Below are positions 36,645 to 50,509 of a stretch of 62,777 nt of DNA, piece by piece. This DNA is from Cirrosporium novae-zelandiae (taxonomy: Eukaryota). The number at the start of each line of letters is the position of its first letter. The first letter of the stretch is position 1. The translations under genes and the position numbers were made by a program. The notes beneath the pieces are model-generated. The model saw nothing but the letters and a program-made list of their open reading frames with translations. It was not told the origin of the DNA and ran no database searches. The stretch is from the NCBI GenBank assembly GCA_026023565.1, contig JAPETS010000047.1, positions 124,001 to 186,777 of the forward strand, given 5' to 3'.

Positions 36645-39287
36645 TTATGACATCTGGAGAAGACCGACGTCAAGACCAATGGCTCGCATAAAGAGATTCA
36701 CGTTATGCAGCCTTTGATTAGCCATTTCTGCAGGCAGGGCCTTGCTTTGCATTACTGTTTCCATAACACGATCCCTGTAGAAATTAGTATGTCGTCTCCA
36801 AAATGCTACAAGGAAAATAACTTACTTGACAGCCAGCACTAATCTTTGCTGTTGCTCAGGGCTAGCGCCTGCTCCTACAGCAGCTAAAAATGACCAAACG
36901 TACATGTCATCACCAGTACTAACCGATCCAGGAAATATTTCACCGAGAACTGGTTCGATAGTATCAAAAAGATGGTTGTAAGAATCTGTCCATTGCTTCC
37001 AGTCGGCATCCGAGATACCACCTGCTTGCTTCACGATTTCCGCACGGCTGATAAGCATTGTCAGAATATCCAGCCCGATTTTGGTAAAAACGACATTCAA
37101 CACATTCGTTCTCTCAAGAATCAGACCAAGAAATCCCACTATATGTTGCAATGGGGCTTCATTGACATAAATAAATAGACTTGGCGTGATTGTCAAGCTG
37201 AACAGTTCAATTTCTTCCCGGATTGGAGCAGGAAGTTGTTGACCAGGTTGAATGTGTCCAAGTCGAACTACATCCAAAGAATCTAGATGGAGCATTATCA
37301 TGGTAACCACTGTGATACGTTGCTCATGATCCAAGAATTTGAAGATTCGTGGAATGGCTCGTTTACCCTTTCCATAAGACATAAAGGCAATAAATGGGTG
37401 AGGAACCGCTGACCCAGGAATTATGGGATCCAAAACCTTTAGGTTGGCCCAAATCTTTTGGTTCAAATTTTGTGAAGCCTTTCTCCATTCTAAGTGGTGC
37501 TGAACTGCTTCAGTGTCAGTCTCCTCTGGCGTCGGGGGCATCTTTCTTTCGTGATCTTCCAACTTCAGAAGTAGCATGTATACGCTCTCAATGTTCTTGA
37601 GGATAGATTTCCGATCACTAGCACCAATATGTGAGTCGTGGAGTTTCTTCGAAGTGTTTGCTCGAGTCTCGCCGGTTTCAGGCCGCTTGATGTTTAGCAG
37701 TGGCTTTGGGGTTTTGACATTGCTGAATGAGATTTTACCCAAGCTTCCTTCAATCACCAGCTGCTTATTTTTTGGCTTGAGTTTCGCAGCTTCAACAGCC
37801 CGCTGAACCTGTTGCTGCATTCTTTGCATGTGATTCTCTCCATGCATGTGTCTCCTTCCACTAGGCCCATGGCGTCCGCTGGTTTGGAAAAGATAAGTTT
37901 GGGCAAAATGACCCAAAGGCTGATTTGGATGTTGCCTTGGAATTCCACGAATTTGGCTGTGTACATAATAGTAAAAGTCTTCATTTAACGCTGCATCTGG
38001 ATCTTGCTCGTTCACGTTTCCGGTAACGGTCATCAGCTGCTGCAATTGAATACGGGTAATGAAATTCTTGTCTTGAGGAGTCATCAAGCCGTTATCCTTG
38101 GATAGAAGGAAGATTTTATGGTTGCGTTTGGCTCTCTTCGCATCTTCTTCGAGGTAAGTCTTCCGCTCAGCCTCTGACAACTGCATAAGTTGCTGGGGGT
38201 GTGTAATAATTCGGGGATGTTGAGCTCCATATCCACTTGTAGCTGCAGCCGGGTTGTATCGTTGCGGAGCATCGTTACGACCTTGAGTAGTGGTTGGACC
38301 CTGACTTGAGGCTTGGAGGACATGATAAGCTTGCTGAGCTACATTTTCAGTAGCCTGCTGCAGTGGAAATTGCTGTTGGGCTTGAGAAAATTGAGGGCCT
38401 TGAGGGCCTTGAGGAGCCCTTTCCGGCGTAGGTCTTCCTTGCATCATTTCCGGAGGTCTTTGACCTGGCACAGGTCCAAATGTCTGCGGATAATCTCTTG
38501 GTAACATATGTGGTGGAATGGTTTGCTGAGACATTCGACGGGGTGGCATTTTCTGCATCACCTGCGCAGGAGATGCTTGAGGTGGAGGATATGCCGACTG
38601 CTGAAGCTGTGGGGGACTTGTGTGCTTCGCTTGAGCTCGCATGAGAGCCTCTACTTCCTCAAGACTCATCATTTTCTTAGCAGGAAGAGTCCCTTGATGA
38701 GGCCCTGGAGACCCAAATGCATCATGACTTTGCTGATATTCGGGGAATTGAGTAGGTTTCCTTGATGAAGCCCCCCACAAACTTTCATTTGCCTGGAGCT
38801 CTGGAATGTATCCAGGATCTTTGTAGCGTTCGTATCCTGTCCTCATTGGGTTGGTTGATTGCTTGTGTGGACTTACCACTACCGAAGCAACAGATTTTGG
38901 AGGAAGTTGATGACGGCTGTAACGCATCTGCTCTTCGCTGATTGCATTGGAAACCTTTGCAGTCTGGCCATAAAAATCAAAATCTGGAGCAGGTTTGTCT
39001 GTATCCGCACCTCCGCCGAAGGTGTCCTCGTTAAAATCGTCGCCGGTCTCTTCAAGCTGGTCTGCTAAACCATCGTAAGTGTCCTCAAAATCAATTCTGA
39101 ATCAGACGTGATCAGTTATTTATTTCTATAATCTCTGATAGAGGACTAACGCATTATCATTGTTCTGCTCCTGAGCTCTCGCCCTAGACATTTCAGCAAA
39201 GGGATCGGCATGTTCGAAGAAGCCTCTATTTTCACTAGGACGACCACGATCCTTTGGTAAAGTGGAATCGAAGCCAAAGAAAGACAT
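36645..39287 (-). CDS. PAT1: mRNA decapping activator / topoisomerase II-associated protein PAT1
   Basis: MSFFGFD start, MMSLEEVEA, NGLMTPQDKNFITRIQLQQL, EDFYY, LGKISFS, KGKRAIPRIF, C-terminal NVNLFMRAIGLD. Confidence 0.96.
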
Positions 39288-40325
39288 CTTGGTGATAGTG
39301 ATGCCTGTCTTTCGGCAGGTTATAGGAGGTGGGGTCGAAAAACTGATTTCGGGAAATGATGTGTTATCAAAGCAGGTCCTTCATCAGGGTATGAACAAGG
39401 GCTGATCTTACCTTTACCGAGTAAGAAGGCCAGCTAAAACCCAACAATGTCTAGTAAGAGATTTATGAGGACTACGTCAAAGTTTATCAATGATATGTTG
39501 AGCTTAATTACTGGGCAGCTAGTTAATTGTGGTAGAAAAATAGTTCATTTCCCTAAATTACCTAGGCATTCATTGAATAATTTCACATTTGGATGGGAAT
39601 CGTAAGTGGATAAATACGGGAGACTATTCATACCATAAACGATAGTTGAATGCCTCAGGCAGAAAAGGAGGCGCCACAGATGCCTATTGGAGTTTCTGGG
39701 TTTTTACATGTTTGGCGTTTGACAAGGCTGGGGCGGCCTGGGCTTCTATTTTCCGTCGGTAAAAGCGGTTGAGGGTCGTTTGGGTTTAGCGCGGATCTCT
39801 TTTGAGCTTGGCTACGAATCCAGCCTCAATGAATGAACCGACTCGGACCCCTTAAGCCCTTGCAGTTGCGTTGCGCGTACAACCTCGAAAGAAGACACTG
39901 CTGCTACTTGATCTCCTCTTCTCTTAATTCTCCAGTTTCTTCTCAACATGAAAGGCATCCCGTCTGCCCTTTACTATTAAATTCCTATTTCTCCTTGACT
40001 TGATCTAACCACCTAATTCACTTCCGGAGACTTCAAGCTCCTCTTGCTTCGTAACCAATACGGGAGTCGTAAAGCCTTCGGGCTTGCTGCAGGAATCGAA
40101 CCCTATTGATATTGCCTTTTTCTGGAATTCGAGAGCTCACTCGTTGCTCATCTCTTCAAGATAACATCAACGGGAGCCCTAAGACGCCGCGAGGTCAAAG
40201 GGTCACTTCACTCAGACTCCCCATCTATAAATATAGACCAGTCTGAAATCCCACAGGACGGGAATGACAATAAAATTCGGAGCAAAAAAAAATCGAAGGT
40301 GATTGCAGAAGACACGGAAATAGCC

Positions 40326-41735
40326 ATGGCTTCCGGTTCTACGAGATATTTGCGATATATCTTGTTCGCTTTTTTTGTATGTTATCGATTATCACATGTT
40401 CTTGCCCCCAAGACTGACGATCTGTCTTAGTGCTTTGCCCTGATCTACTTCATATCTTCCTCATCCATCCCACAGTCCCAAATTCCAAGTGCTTCTCAAA
40501 TCATCGAGGGTTCAAAGACAAAATGGCAAGGTCAAAATCCAGCTTCGGTGGATGGATCACCAGCGCAGCCCCCTGCTACCGACGGATCTACTACTGAAGG
40601 GGCTACTACACCAAACATCCCCGCCGGTCTTCCACCAGCAACTGCTGATGGAGAGAGAATGAATGCTACATTTGTCACGCTGGCCCGAAATTCTGATGTA
40701 TGGGAGATTGCTCGTTCCATCCGTCAAGTCGAGGATCGCTTCAACCGCAAGTTTCACTACGACTGGGTCTTTTTGAATGACAAGCCGTTTGATTCAACTT
40801 TTAAGAAAGTTACCACGTCTCTCGTTTCTGGCAAGACTCACTATGGCGAAATTGATACCGAGCACTGGTCCTTCCCTGATTGGATCGACCAAGAAAAGGC
40901 ACGCAAAGTTCGTGAGGATATGGCTCAGCGTAAGATTATTTACGGTGATTCTGTCAGCTATCGCCACATGTGCCGTTTCGAGTCCGGGTTTTTCTTCAGA
41001 CAGCCTTTGATGATGAACTATGAATGGTACTGGCGTGTCGAACCAAGCATTGAGCTTTACTGCGATATCGATTACGATGCTTTCAAGTATATGCGGGATC
41101 ACAAGAAGAAGTACAGCTTCGTCCTCAGTCTTTACGAATACAAAGAGACTATTCCGACACTCTGGGACAGTGTCAAGGGTTTCATGAAGGAGCACCCTGA
41201 ACATATCTCCGAGGGTAATTCGCTAGGTTTTCTCAGTGATGATGGTGGTGATACCTATAACCATTGCCATTTTGTAAGTACCACGCCACTTGTTAGACTT
41301 TGTTCTATACTTACGTTGCCTTTTTTTAGTGGTCGAACTTTGAGATCGGCAATCTCAACTGGCTTCGTTCTCAGGCCTACATTGACTTCTTCAACCATCT
41401 CGACAAGGACGGTGGTTTCTTTTACGAGCGTTGGGGTGATGCGCCTGTTCATTCTATTGCCGCTGGTCTTTTGCTTAAAAAAGAAGAACTCCACTTCTTT
41501 GATGATATCGCTTATTATCATGTTCCTTTCACCCATTGCCCTACTGGCGAAAAGAGAAGACTCGATTTGAAATGTCACTGCAACCCTAAGGACAACTTTG
41601 ACTGGAAGGGTTATTCTTGTAAGACTTTTTTTCTCCATGCCTTCATACTTTACTAATACCCTCTTAGGTACATCCAGGTTTTTCGAGTTGAATGGACTGG
41701 ACAAGCCAGATGGCTTCGAGAACCAACAAGACTGA
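40326..41735 (+). CDS. KRE2/MNT1: Alpha-1,2-mannosyltransferase, GT15
   Basis: Type II anchor [65 protein letters not shown]. Three introns. Confidence 0.96.
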
Positions 41736-42146
41736 GTAAAGCATGTACTCGATAAAAAAGTATTAAAAACATTCGCGTCATTGTTATTTTGCAGAGGTTA
41801 TAGAAACCGGGTTTGGTGGCTCTACATTGATATTGGTGATGGCGTTCCGTATTGATGGTGTTGCGTAGTTGGATTGTTTGTACAAGTCATTAGCTGATTT
41901 TGCACACCACGGAGAGAAAAGAAATGAAGTCCACGATTGCCCCCAGCTTGGATATTACATGGTGCATGTAAAGAAGTACTCTATAACCTTAGCCGGGACA
42001 CTGGTATAATAATGATGCATGATCCCGAATCCCATAGGACTACTACTAGCTAGCAGTCACCCATCTTCCTACTCGTCCTCTGGCGGTAATTTTTTTTTTC
42101 AAATCAATTGATATATATTCAAACATAACCACCATCACCATAAAAA

Positions 42147-42870
42147 TTACGTAGCAGCAGCCTTTGGCTTCCTGGTACCATATTTAGACCGGCTCGTAAT
42201 GCGATTTGGTACGCCTCCCTATAAAAAAAATTGAAAACGATCAATCAGTCCCCACCCCATTCATACTGTTTTTGTTTTTTTTATAGATGATGATGACGAG
42301 AAAAGGGAAGGGAGTGGGGGGAAGAAAAAAAAGGGAAAAAACTTACTAGATCCAAAGCCCCTCTCACAAGATGATATCGCACACCAGGACAATCCTGACT
42401 TCGTCCTCCGCGCACGAGGACTACGGAATGCTGTTGTACGTTATGTCCTAACAATCCATTCCAATCCAATTAGTCCAAACATCCCCCCTCAAAAACCCCC
42501 TTCAGAAAAACATACCTTCCCCCATAATATACGCCGTAACAACCCTTCCACTACTCAACTTAACCTTCGCCGTCTTCCTCTCCCCCGAGTTCGGTTTCTT
42601 CGGCTTCGTCATCCCCACCTTCAAACAGACACCTTTCATTTCCGGCCGGTTTTTCAGCGCGGGGGAGACGGGTTTGCGGGCTTTTTGGGGGACGCGGCAG
42701 CCGCGGCGGACTTGGTTTAGGGTTGTGGAGAGGGGGGGGGTTGTGCTTAGGGTGCGGGTTTGGAAGTGGAAGTGGGTGAGGGGGGTGGAGGTGGAGGTGG
42801 TGGGCGGGGAGAAGCGGGCGGCGCGGAGGGTTAGGAGGGTGCGGAGGGAGGAGGAGGGGAGAGGTGGCAT
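42147..42870 (-). CDS. MRPS12: Mitochondrial ribosomal protein S12 (uS12m)
   Basis: Mitochondrial presequence, KGVCL...[48 protein letters not shown]. Two introns. Confidence 0.96.
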
Positions 42871-43470
42871 TTTTGGGGTTTGCGTCGGAGGGGGGGTGTG
42901 GTGTTTGTTGGTTGTTGAGTTGGAGTTAGGTAGGTAGGTAGGTAGGTAGGTACTTCGGAGGTGCTGCTTGAATTGAATTGAATTGAAAGATTCCGTATCA
43001 AGCTTGGGCGTGAATACAGGTAATTAATTAATTAATTACTGCACTAGTCTGGTTTGGGGTTATTTTTTATTTTTATTTTTTTGGCGGTCGTGAAATTCGG
43101 CTTTTTGGTGGATTGATTGATTGATGGTTTATGGTCGGACGTCATATTAAGGATTATTGTGAAATGACCATTTTTTATACATAATGGGTTATGGGTTTGT
43201 TTGGATTGATTTGATGTGCAAAATTAAAGGCTTGCTACATAGAACCAAACTGGAGTTTTGTTATAGGCTCTTAGAGGTATCACGAGTATCCTTTTATATT
43301 CCGTTCTATATTTCTATGCAGAGTGAAGTCCGATTCGTACAATGCAATCTATGCATATTGTCCCTGTCCTTGTAGATAGCCAGCTATCCTCCAAGAATAT
43401 GACATGAGATAATATCGTTTACATCCCCATGCATTCAAGTCATGTCTTCAGTGTCAGGTCCAGTCCAGAT

Positions 43471-44515
43471 TCAGTTCTTTAAAAAACCTTCCTTGTTCGT
43501 TGAGTTGTCGGCCTTGGACTTTTCCCACCCCTCCGAGGCCACTTGTTTGGCAGTCGTCTTTCCAGCAACTAAGTCTTGAACTGTGGCTAGGATAGTCGTC
43601 CAGTCCTCAAATGTGGTAAAGGGTATGTTTTCACGACGGCAATAGTCGACGAGATCTACACCAATATTTCTTAGCTATATGACCTGTACATGCTTTTCAG
43701 AAACGCTTGCTTACCTCGTCCAGCCTTTGCAAAAAGCAAGTCTGTTTCCTTGGCGGCTGAAAGGTCGGAGACGCCGTCCCCAGCATATAAAAGTGTCGCT
43801 CGCTGGGATTCTGGGAGTGTTGCAATGTGTTCCTTGTATGGCCTTATGGCTAGGGATTTATCGTGTCCAAATCCACTGTTGTCGTGATATTTGATAGTCC
43901 AGCCACCTTCTTGATCAATCTTCATGCCAGGTCTCCCAACAACCTCATTACTAACAATCTCGAGTTCGTTGGCCTCGGGTCCAATTAAATGGACTAGTAA
44001 TCCACGGATAATGGGGGTCATTCCCGAGGAAAGCACAACAACAGGGACATTATTGGCCTTTGCCCAGTGGAAGAAATCGCGGAAAGTTGGATCTAGTTGA
44101 ATGTGCTGTTTTAGATATTCAATACATTCCGGGAATGGAGTTTTGACGCTATCCAACATTGTCCGAAAAGAGTCTCTGCAGATAATCTGTTAGGCGATGG
44201 AAGGGATAGGGAGGCCGACAAAGGCGGATGAGCGCACGCAAAGGTCATGCGGTCTTCGAGGACTTCGATATTCAATCTGCGTCTTTCTTCGAATCCCATT
44301 CCAAGGTTATCGGTCTAGCTACCAGTTAGCCAGGATGGAGGTCTACGGTCTTTTAAACCAACCATGCAGTCGTTGCCTAAATGGAATGTCAGTTGACGGC
44401 CATATCAACAGTCTTCATTCAAGTTCATCATACTGTCTTGAAGGGTAATGGTTCCATCAAAGTCGGTAAAGAAAACGACCTTGGGATTGGTCTTTAGCGC
44501 ATCAGGAAAAGGCAT
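43471..44515 (-). CDS. HAD-superfamily phosphatase, MtnX-like / yeast PYP1 (YNL010W)-like
   Basis: Motif I FTDFDGTITLQDS, VLSSGM, GHDKS, YAGDGVSDLSAA...LFAK. Several introns. Confidence 0.9.
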
Positions 44516-45093
44516 GACGGCGGTAGCGTTATTTTGTGATGATGATGAGAATACTATCTGTTTTGCAAGTAGAATGCGATCTCGTTGCGACCCAACAATC
44601 AAGAGGGCGACTAGAAGGATAAATATGTGAAGGAAGGAAAACATCGGTACAAAGGGCAATCCTTAGGGTTGCCACCAATTGATTAGCCTGAAGGCTGAAC
44701 GTGGGGGGGGCAAGGGAAGGGCAGGGTCAAGGACTCTTGAAGATCGGAGGGATGAAACACTATGATTTAACGATTGTCTATCAATCAAGGATATTTTGCT
44801 GCTGTAAGATCTACCATATTAGCCAGAATATTAATATTGGGGGGGTTTTTTTTCTGGACCGTTTTCAGATAGAGAGAGCATTCTTCATATTTGGCCTGAT
44901 TTCTTGGGTGATGATGACGATTTTCGGCCGATAAGATTAAACGTCTCTGGAAGGTAAAGATAATTACTGAAAGACACCCACCAAACAATCCTTGCGCTAT
45001 TCTACATCAAGCTTTACAACATCTCCCCTCCTCTCAACCTATCCATTACTTCAAGCACACCAAAGCTGCCTCCTCAATTGATTACCGGGGGCA

Positions 45094-46559
45094 ATGCAAG
45101 CGGTGGTGCGACATGCCTCCCGATCCGCTCTCGAGTTCGTTGTGACCACTCCAAAGCCCAAAGCTTCAACTTCGGTCCCGCGCCTGAAGCTGAACAGCCA
45201 ATTCTCTTCCGTCAGACCTTCAATATGCCATCGCTGCAGAATACGAGCATCTATACGCTTTTATTCCAATAGCCATAGCTTGCAAGATCAATCTCCGAGC
45301 AAAGAGACTGATCGAGATGCCTTGGATTCCATTTCTGGGTCCGCTCTACCATCTTCCCCGGGTTCTAACAATGAACATATTAACAATAACAGCTTAAGCC
45401 AGAAAGAGCGGAATAAGCTCCCCTCTCATACAGAAGGACGAAGATCACAACTCTCTAAACGTCTCACTCATTTGATGGATGACCTCCAAACCAACATCTT
45501 CTTTGCTGGCAAAAAACTTAATGATTTAACCGGCTATTCCGGCATCGAAGCCCTCAAACACGAGATTGATATACTAGGTATGCCAGTGCTCTCAATTGTC
45601 GAGGATGTCCGATTTTAACCACGGCCACAGAAAAGGAAGTCCGACACACTCGTCAAGTTCTCCGCGATTCCAAAGCCGACTACTCAAATGCGATAGCCAC
45701 TCGATCTGCTTCCCAACGAGAAGTAAATGAATTGCTCCAACGCAAACATGCCTGGTCGCATCAGGACCTTGAACGCTTTACCGAGCTTTACCGTTCTGAT
45801 CACGCAAACGAGCAAGCAGAATCTCAGGCACAAGAAGCCCTTGCTGTAGCGGAACGAGCTGCGGAGGAAGCGGCGTCCAGATTGAGCAAAACAATATTGG
45901 CGAGGTACCATGAAGAGCAAATATGGAGCGATAAGATTAGGAGGATGAGTACATGGGGAACGTGGGGGCTTATGGGCATGAACATTTTACTATTTCTGGT
46001 ATTCCAACTTGCATTGGAGCCGTGGAGAAGAAAGAGATTGGTCAAGGGGTTCGAGGAGAAGGTCGTTGAAGCATTGGAAAAGGAGGGAGTTGTGGTCCAG
46101 CAAGCTGCAGCTACCGCCGCCGCCGCCGTCGCTGGAATATCAAACCCAGAACCCGTAACCGTAGCCCAGACTTTGGAATCCAACCCCGCTACCCCTGAAC
46201 CTATAGTGGAACCGGAACCTCAACCTCAGCCAACAGCAGAGAAGGCAGAAGAAGCAGTAAAAGTTGAGACCCCTCTGACAGTTACTGAGACAGAGTTCGA
46301 TGTCCCTCTATCTGAATCTCCGCCACCAGCCTACACCATCACATTTCCAGAAGCTACGCCTTCCATTCCTCCTTCCAAAGACCCCTTTGCTATACTCAAA
46401 TTGAGGTTTGAGAGTTTCAAATATAACCTGCAAGATCTAGTCTCCGAGCGCACGGTCGTGGTTCGGAGGCTAGATATTACAGTTGCAGCAATAGAGGGGG
46501 CAGCTGTAGGGGCTACAGTTGTTGGAGGCTTGGTTTGGGCTTTAATTAAAGGAAGATGA
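45094..46559 (+). CDS. SHE9: Mitochondrial inner-membrane protein She9/Mdm33
   Basis: [66 protein letters not shown]. One intron. Confidence 0.96.
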
Positions 46560-46904
46560 TGATTGGTTGCATCATATCTTTGTTGGAGGAATAGAGCCAG
46601 GTACAGGTAAAGTGTACAGAGAAGAGTTCGGAAATGGAATGGCAGCAATGTCATTGGTGTAAATTTCAGGCCTCGAATGTTGCATTCTATGTATTATGTA
46701 TATTACCTCATTTACTTAGTCCTCGGCATTAGTTTTGCCTGCTATGCTCCTTTAAATAATTAGACCAGTAATATTAACTTAGGGGGTTATAAATAAAATT
46801 ATATCGTCGACCTATGATGTGGTGTCACTGGTGTGGGTGGTATGGTGTAGTGAAGGATGTAAAAGTTCCTGATTTCGGCGAGAATCTTACATAATTGAAT
46901 TGAA

Positions 46905-46912
46905 CCAATCAG
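46905..46912 (+). promoter_or_regulatory. CCAAT box (HAP/CBC site) upstream of the Rieske gene
   Basis: CCAATCAG about 145 bp upstream of the RIP1 ATG; typical of respiratory-gene promoters. Confidence 0.4.
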
Positions 46913-47052
46913 AAGACAGGCTTATCGATTTTCACACGGCCAACTCCAAAGCTTCGGAAACAACATCCTAAGACTTCCATTCACCCTCCTACTTGTCGTA
47001 CTTCTACCTCAACCTCTCCACTCTTTGTTATCCGCCATCCCCAATCTCGAAA

Positions 47053-48029
47053 ATGCCTCCACTCACTTCTACATCCTCCACTCTACTCCGCGCATGCGCA
47101 CGGAAGCAATTGCCCTCCGTCCGGGTCTCCGCCGTCACAAGCCAACAGCGAGCCAAATCGGATGTCGTTGGCGGTCCCCGGGAATTCAGGCCAACCTCTT
47201 CATTCGAAAGTCCTTTTGGAGCCAGTCACGAGGCCGCTCCGACGACAAATATCCCTAGCTTCGCTAATTACAGGAGCAAAAACGCCGAGACGAATAACCG
47301 CGTCTTCCAGTACTTTATGGTCGGATCAATGGGGCTTTTGAGCGCGGCGGGAGCAAAAGCAACAGTGCAGGGTGCGTGCATTCGTATTATATTATTTGGG
47401 TCACCATGGGTTGATTGGACATTTTGTGGTTGTTTTTGGAGAAACTAATGTATTGGGTGTTTTAAATAGACTTTCTTACGAACATGTCTGCTTCAGCCGA
47501 TGTCCTTGCTCAAGCCAAGGTTGAAGTTGACCTTGCTACTATTCCTGAGGGCAAGAACGTCAGTTCATCAATTGAAAGCCCACATACAATAATTTTTCTC
47601 ACCCTTGACAGGTTATCATTAAATGGCGAGGCAAGCCCGTCTTTGTCCGCCATCGCACCCAAGCTGAGATCAAGGAAGCCGAAGGTGTAAAATGGGAATC
47701 ACTGCGAGACCCTCAACCAGATTCGGCTCGTGTGAAGAACCCAGAGTGGTTGGTTATGCTTGGTATGTCACCAAAACCCATTCGCTCCCCTCCAGCATTA
47801 GCACTCTCAGCTTCCGAGATGGGCTAATTCTTGATGATTTTTTCTAGGTGTCTGCACACATCTGGGTTGTGTCCCTATTGGAGAAGCAGGTGAATTTGGT
47901 GGTTGGTTCTGCCCTTGCCATGGTTCCCATTACGATGTCTCTGGCCGTATCCGAAAAGGCCCCGCCCCTCTTAACCTCGAGATTCCTGCATACGATTTCC
48001 CCGAGGACAACCAGCTTGTAATCGGTTAG
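47053..48029 (+). CDS. RIP1: Ubiquinol-cytochrome c reductase Rieske iron-sulfur subunit
   Basis: [39 protein letters not shown] and CPCHGS boxes, GPAPLNLE. Three introns. Confidence 0.98.
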
Positions 48030-48596
48030 AGAATTTAGAATGTAGAGGAGTGAGTGAACAGGAGAGAGAACTTTTTTGAACAAATGTTGATTACTTGCCT
48101 ACTTATATACCTAGGTACATGTACATGTACATGCCCTGGTTAATCGGTCCCATCCGCTCCTAGCAAAGTTTTAGATGATGCGTTTGGGGTTGTTTGCTAC
48201 GCAGGGAGTCCAAAAACAATTTTTGTTCAAAGCTGTAAATATGTGAAATTATTTCTGCCATACCATCACTGCTCATGTCCAACAACAACCTGAGAGTTTG
48301 TAATTCTTCCAATGCTTAACTTATCCACCCAAGGTGCTTTTGGGTATTTTAACCTTGTATTTTGCTTTGTGCTATAGCCCAAGGAACATATATTGTCAAA
48401 TCGGGGTTTACATCAATTCATTCTCACCGTCGCAGAGGCAAAATCTATACTAACAAAAAGCCCCTAATATCCAAAATCTTTTCTAGCCACCACACCGCCC
48501 TAGGAGGTCCTTCCTACTAAGGATATCTCCTATCCACAATTTCTCCATTTATTTGAAGACCCACCCATTCCACTTTTGATTCCGATATGTACTTTT

Positions 48597-48623
48597 GAAG
48601 AAGAAGAAGAAGAAGAAGAAGAA
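48597..48623. repeat. (GAA)9 microsatellite
   Basis: Direct reading. Confidence 0.9.
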
Positions 48624-50509
48624 GGAGAAAGGGGGAAGGATATTTTTTTGGGAATGATGGATGGGCTGTTTTGTTTTAATGGGTTGAGTAAGTAGGTTGG
48701 TAGGTTGGGAGGTAGGTATGGTTTTACTTCATCGGCTACCTACCGAACAAATATCTGCGGCGATTTTGCGCTTTCCTGTCCCGTTCTAGTAGGTGAGTTT
48801 CGCCGCCCTGATCTCGCGCGACCGCGCGATGGTGGGTGAGTTGACGGGTGAGCCGAGGGTGATGCAGAGTATTTCTCAGCTCCCCCTTGTTCTGGCTTCA
48901 ACACCTGGCTCCACTTTACTGCTTGGCAGGGCACACATTGCGTTACGCTTAGCTATCGTATAGTATCATCATCATATATTTAGGAAATTAACAATCCTTC
49001 TTCACTAGCCTATCCGTTGGCCCAGACCAACAACAACGCGGACAGGCAAGTCTGCGTGAAGGATTACTTGTTCCCATATAAACATTGAACATTCTCACTA
49101 TTTGGCATCTGTCTTTCTAGTTTATTTTTCAATTCATATTTGGCTTATATCTTTCCTTCAGTCTTGCTTTACGACCTCATGAGATATCATACAATTTCTT
49201 TATCGTTTACCTGTTTTTCTGGTATCCTGTTTCTGCCTCCAATAATCAAGGTCTCGATCCTATCATCCGATATCCTCGCAAGGCTCTCTCCCAAACCTCC
49301 AATAGAAAACCCTGAAAGCCGTGATAATGAGGGTCTAAAGAGGCTGTCTCCATCTCCTGTGCAAGAAGACCAATTATAAAAATGCCTCAGGATAGAGGAT
49401 CAGGAATACTGCCGTGTTTGCTGCGCCGCGAAGGAGCTCCAGCATGTGTCAGGCGATCGGGTGAACGGGCATACAGGGAGAAGAAACTAGGAAACATCAT
49501 CGGTATCGAGATCAGCTCATCGGAGGTGAGAGTACCAACATCCTCTTACGTCGCCACGCCAAACTAGAGAGGTGGTATTGCCCGAATACGACAGCATATC
49601 ATTTGTACCCCTGAACAGCAGAAAGCGCTGACATTAGGTGAATCCTTCGAAGTTCTGTTTTGCAGGGTTAAGGAGAGAATCGAGATCAGCTGAAACCTCT
49701 CAATATCGTTTTGACGGGGATGTAAACCAGTCAATCATCAAGGGACACTCATATGCTAGTATAATTGCAAGATTGGGCGGTAAGATAAGGCAGTCGAAGC
49801 ATCTCAGCTTTCGACAGGTTTAATATCTGCCGCATACAGACATTAGCTGAGATTACGTGGCCATTTGGCCTAATCGATCAGGAGAAGGCTTCATGCATTA
49901 CAGTTATGAGTCAGTGCGCAAAACGCCATTCGGTGAATAGCGCCACTCACTGATGTTTATAAAAGCCTCTCGTTGCTCCAAACTCACACTATAGTAGACC
50001 TCATTTTTCTATGCAAATTAGTGTGATTATCATCAGTTATACACCATGAATTCCATCATTATATATCAACCTCCGGCCTCCACGACAGTTTCTAGGGTAG
50101 TCTGTGCTTTCAACGAGCTACGCCTATCTCGATTATTTTCGGCCATAGTGCAGCAGTGGGAGGGTTGAAACGAGCCAACAATAGAAGAATATAGAAAGCG
50201 GTGATAGCTTGACTCCTCTCGAAGAGAAATTTCAGTGTTTGAATAACTAGTATTTGTTTTCTTCTTTTACCTCCATTCTCCCTTCCTTTTATACCTTATT
50301 TCATACTCTCTAGCTTTGCCTAACCATTTCTTTTCTTCATATATTCCCCTGTTTCGCGCACCAGAACCTCTTGCTATTTACTTTACATTCCTTAATTTCT
50401 CACTTCACTATATCTACCAGGGTGAGAGCTCCTTTTGTCGCCCGTCCTCTTGTGGGGAGCATGGGAACTGCGGATAGTGGGGGAAAATCTCTTTCCCGTC
50501 CTAGAAACT

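Noticed and set aside
46905..46924. HapX bipartite motif CSAAT-N12-RWT at the RIP1 promoter
   Set aside because: The bases at the required position are TTA, not RWT. Only the CCAAT box is supported.
48740..48960. GC-rich stretch with a TCGCGC-GACC-GCGCGA hairpin as a possible snRNA, RNase P/MRP or SRP RNA
   Set aside because: None of the conserved signature motifs of these RNAs could be found.
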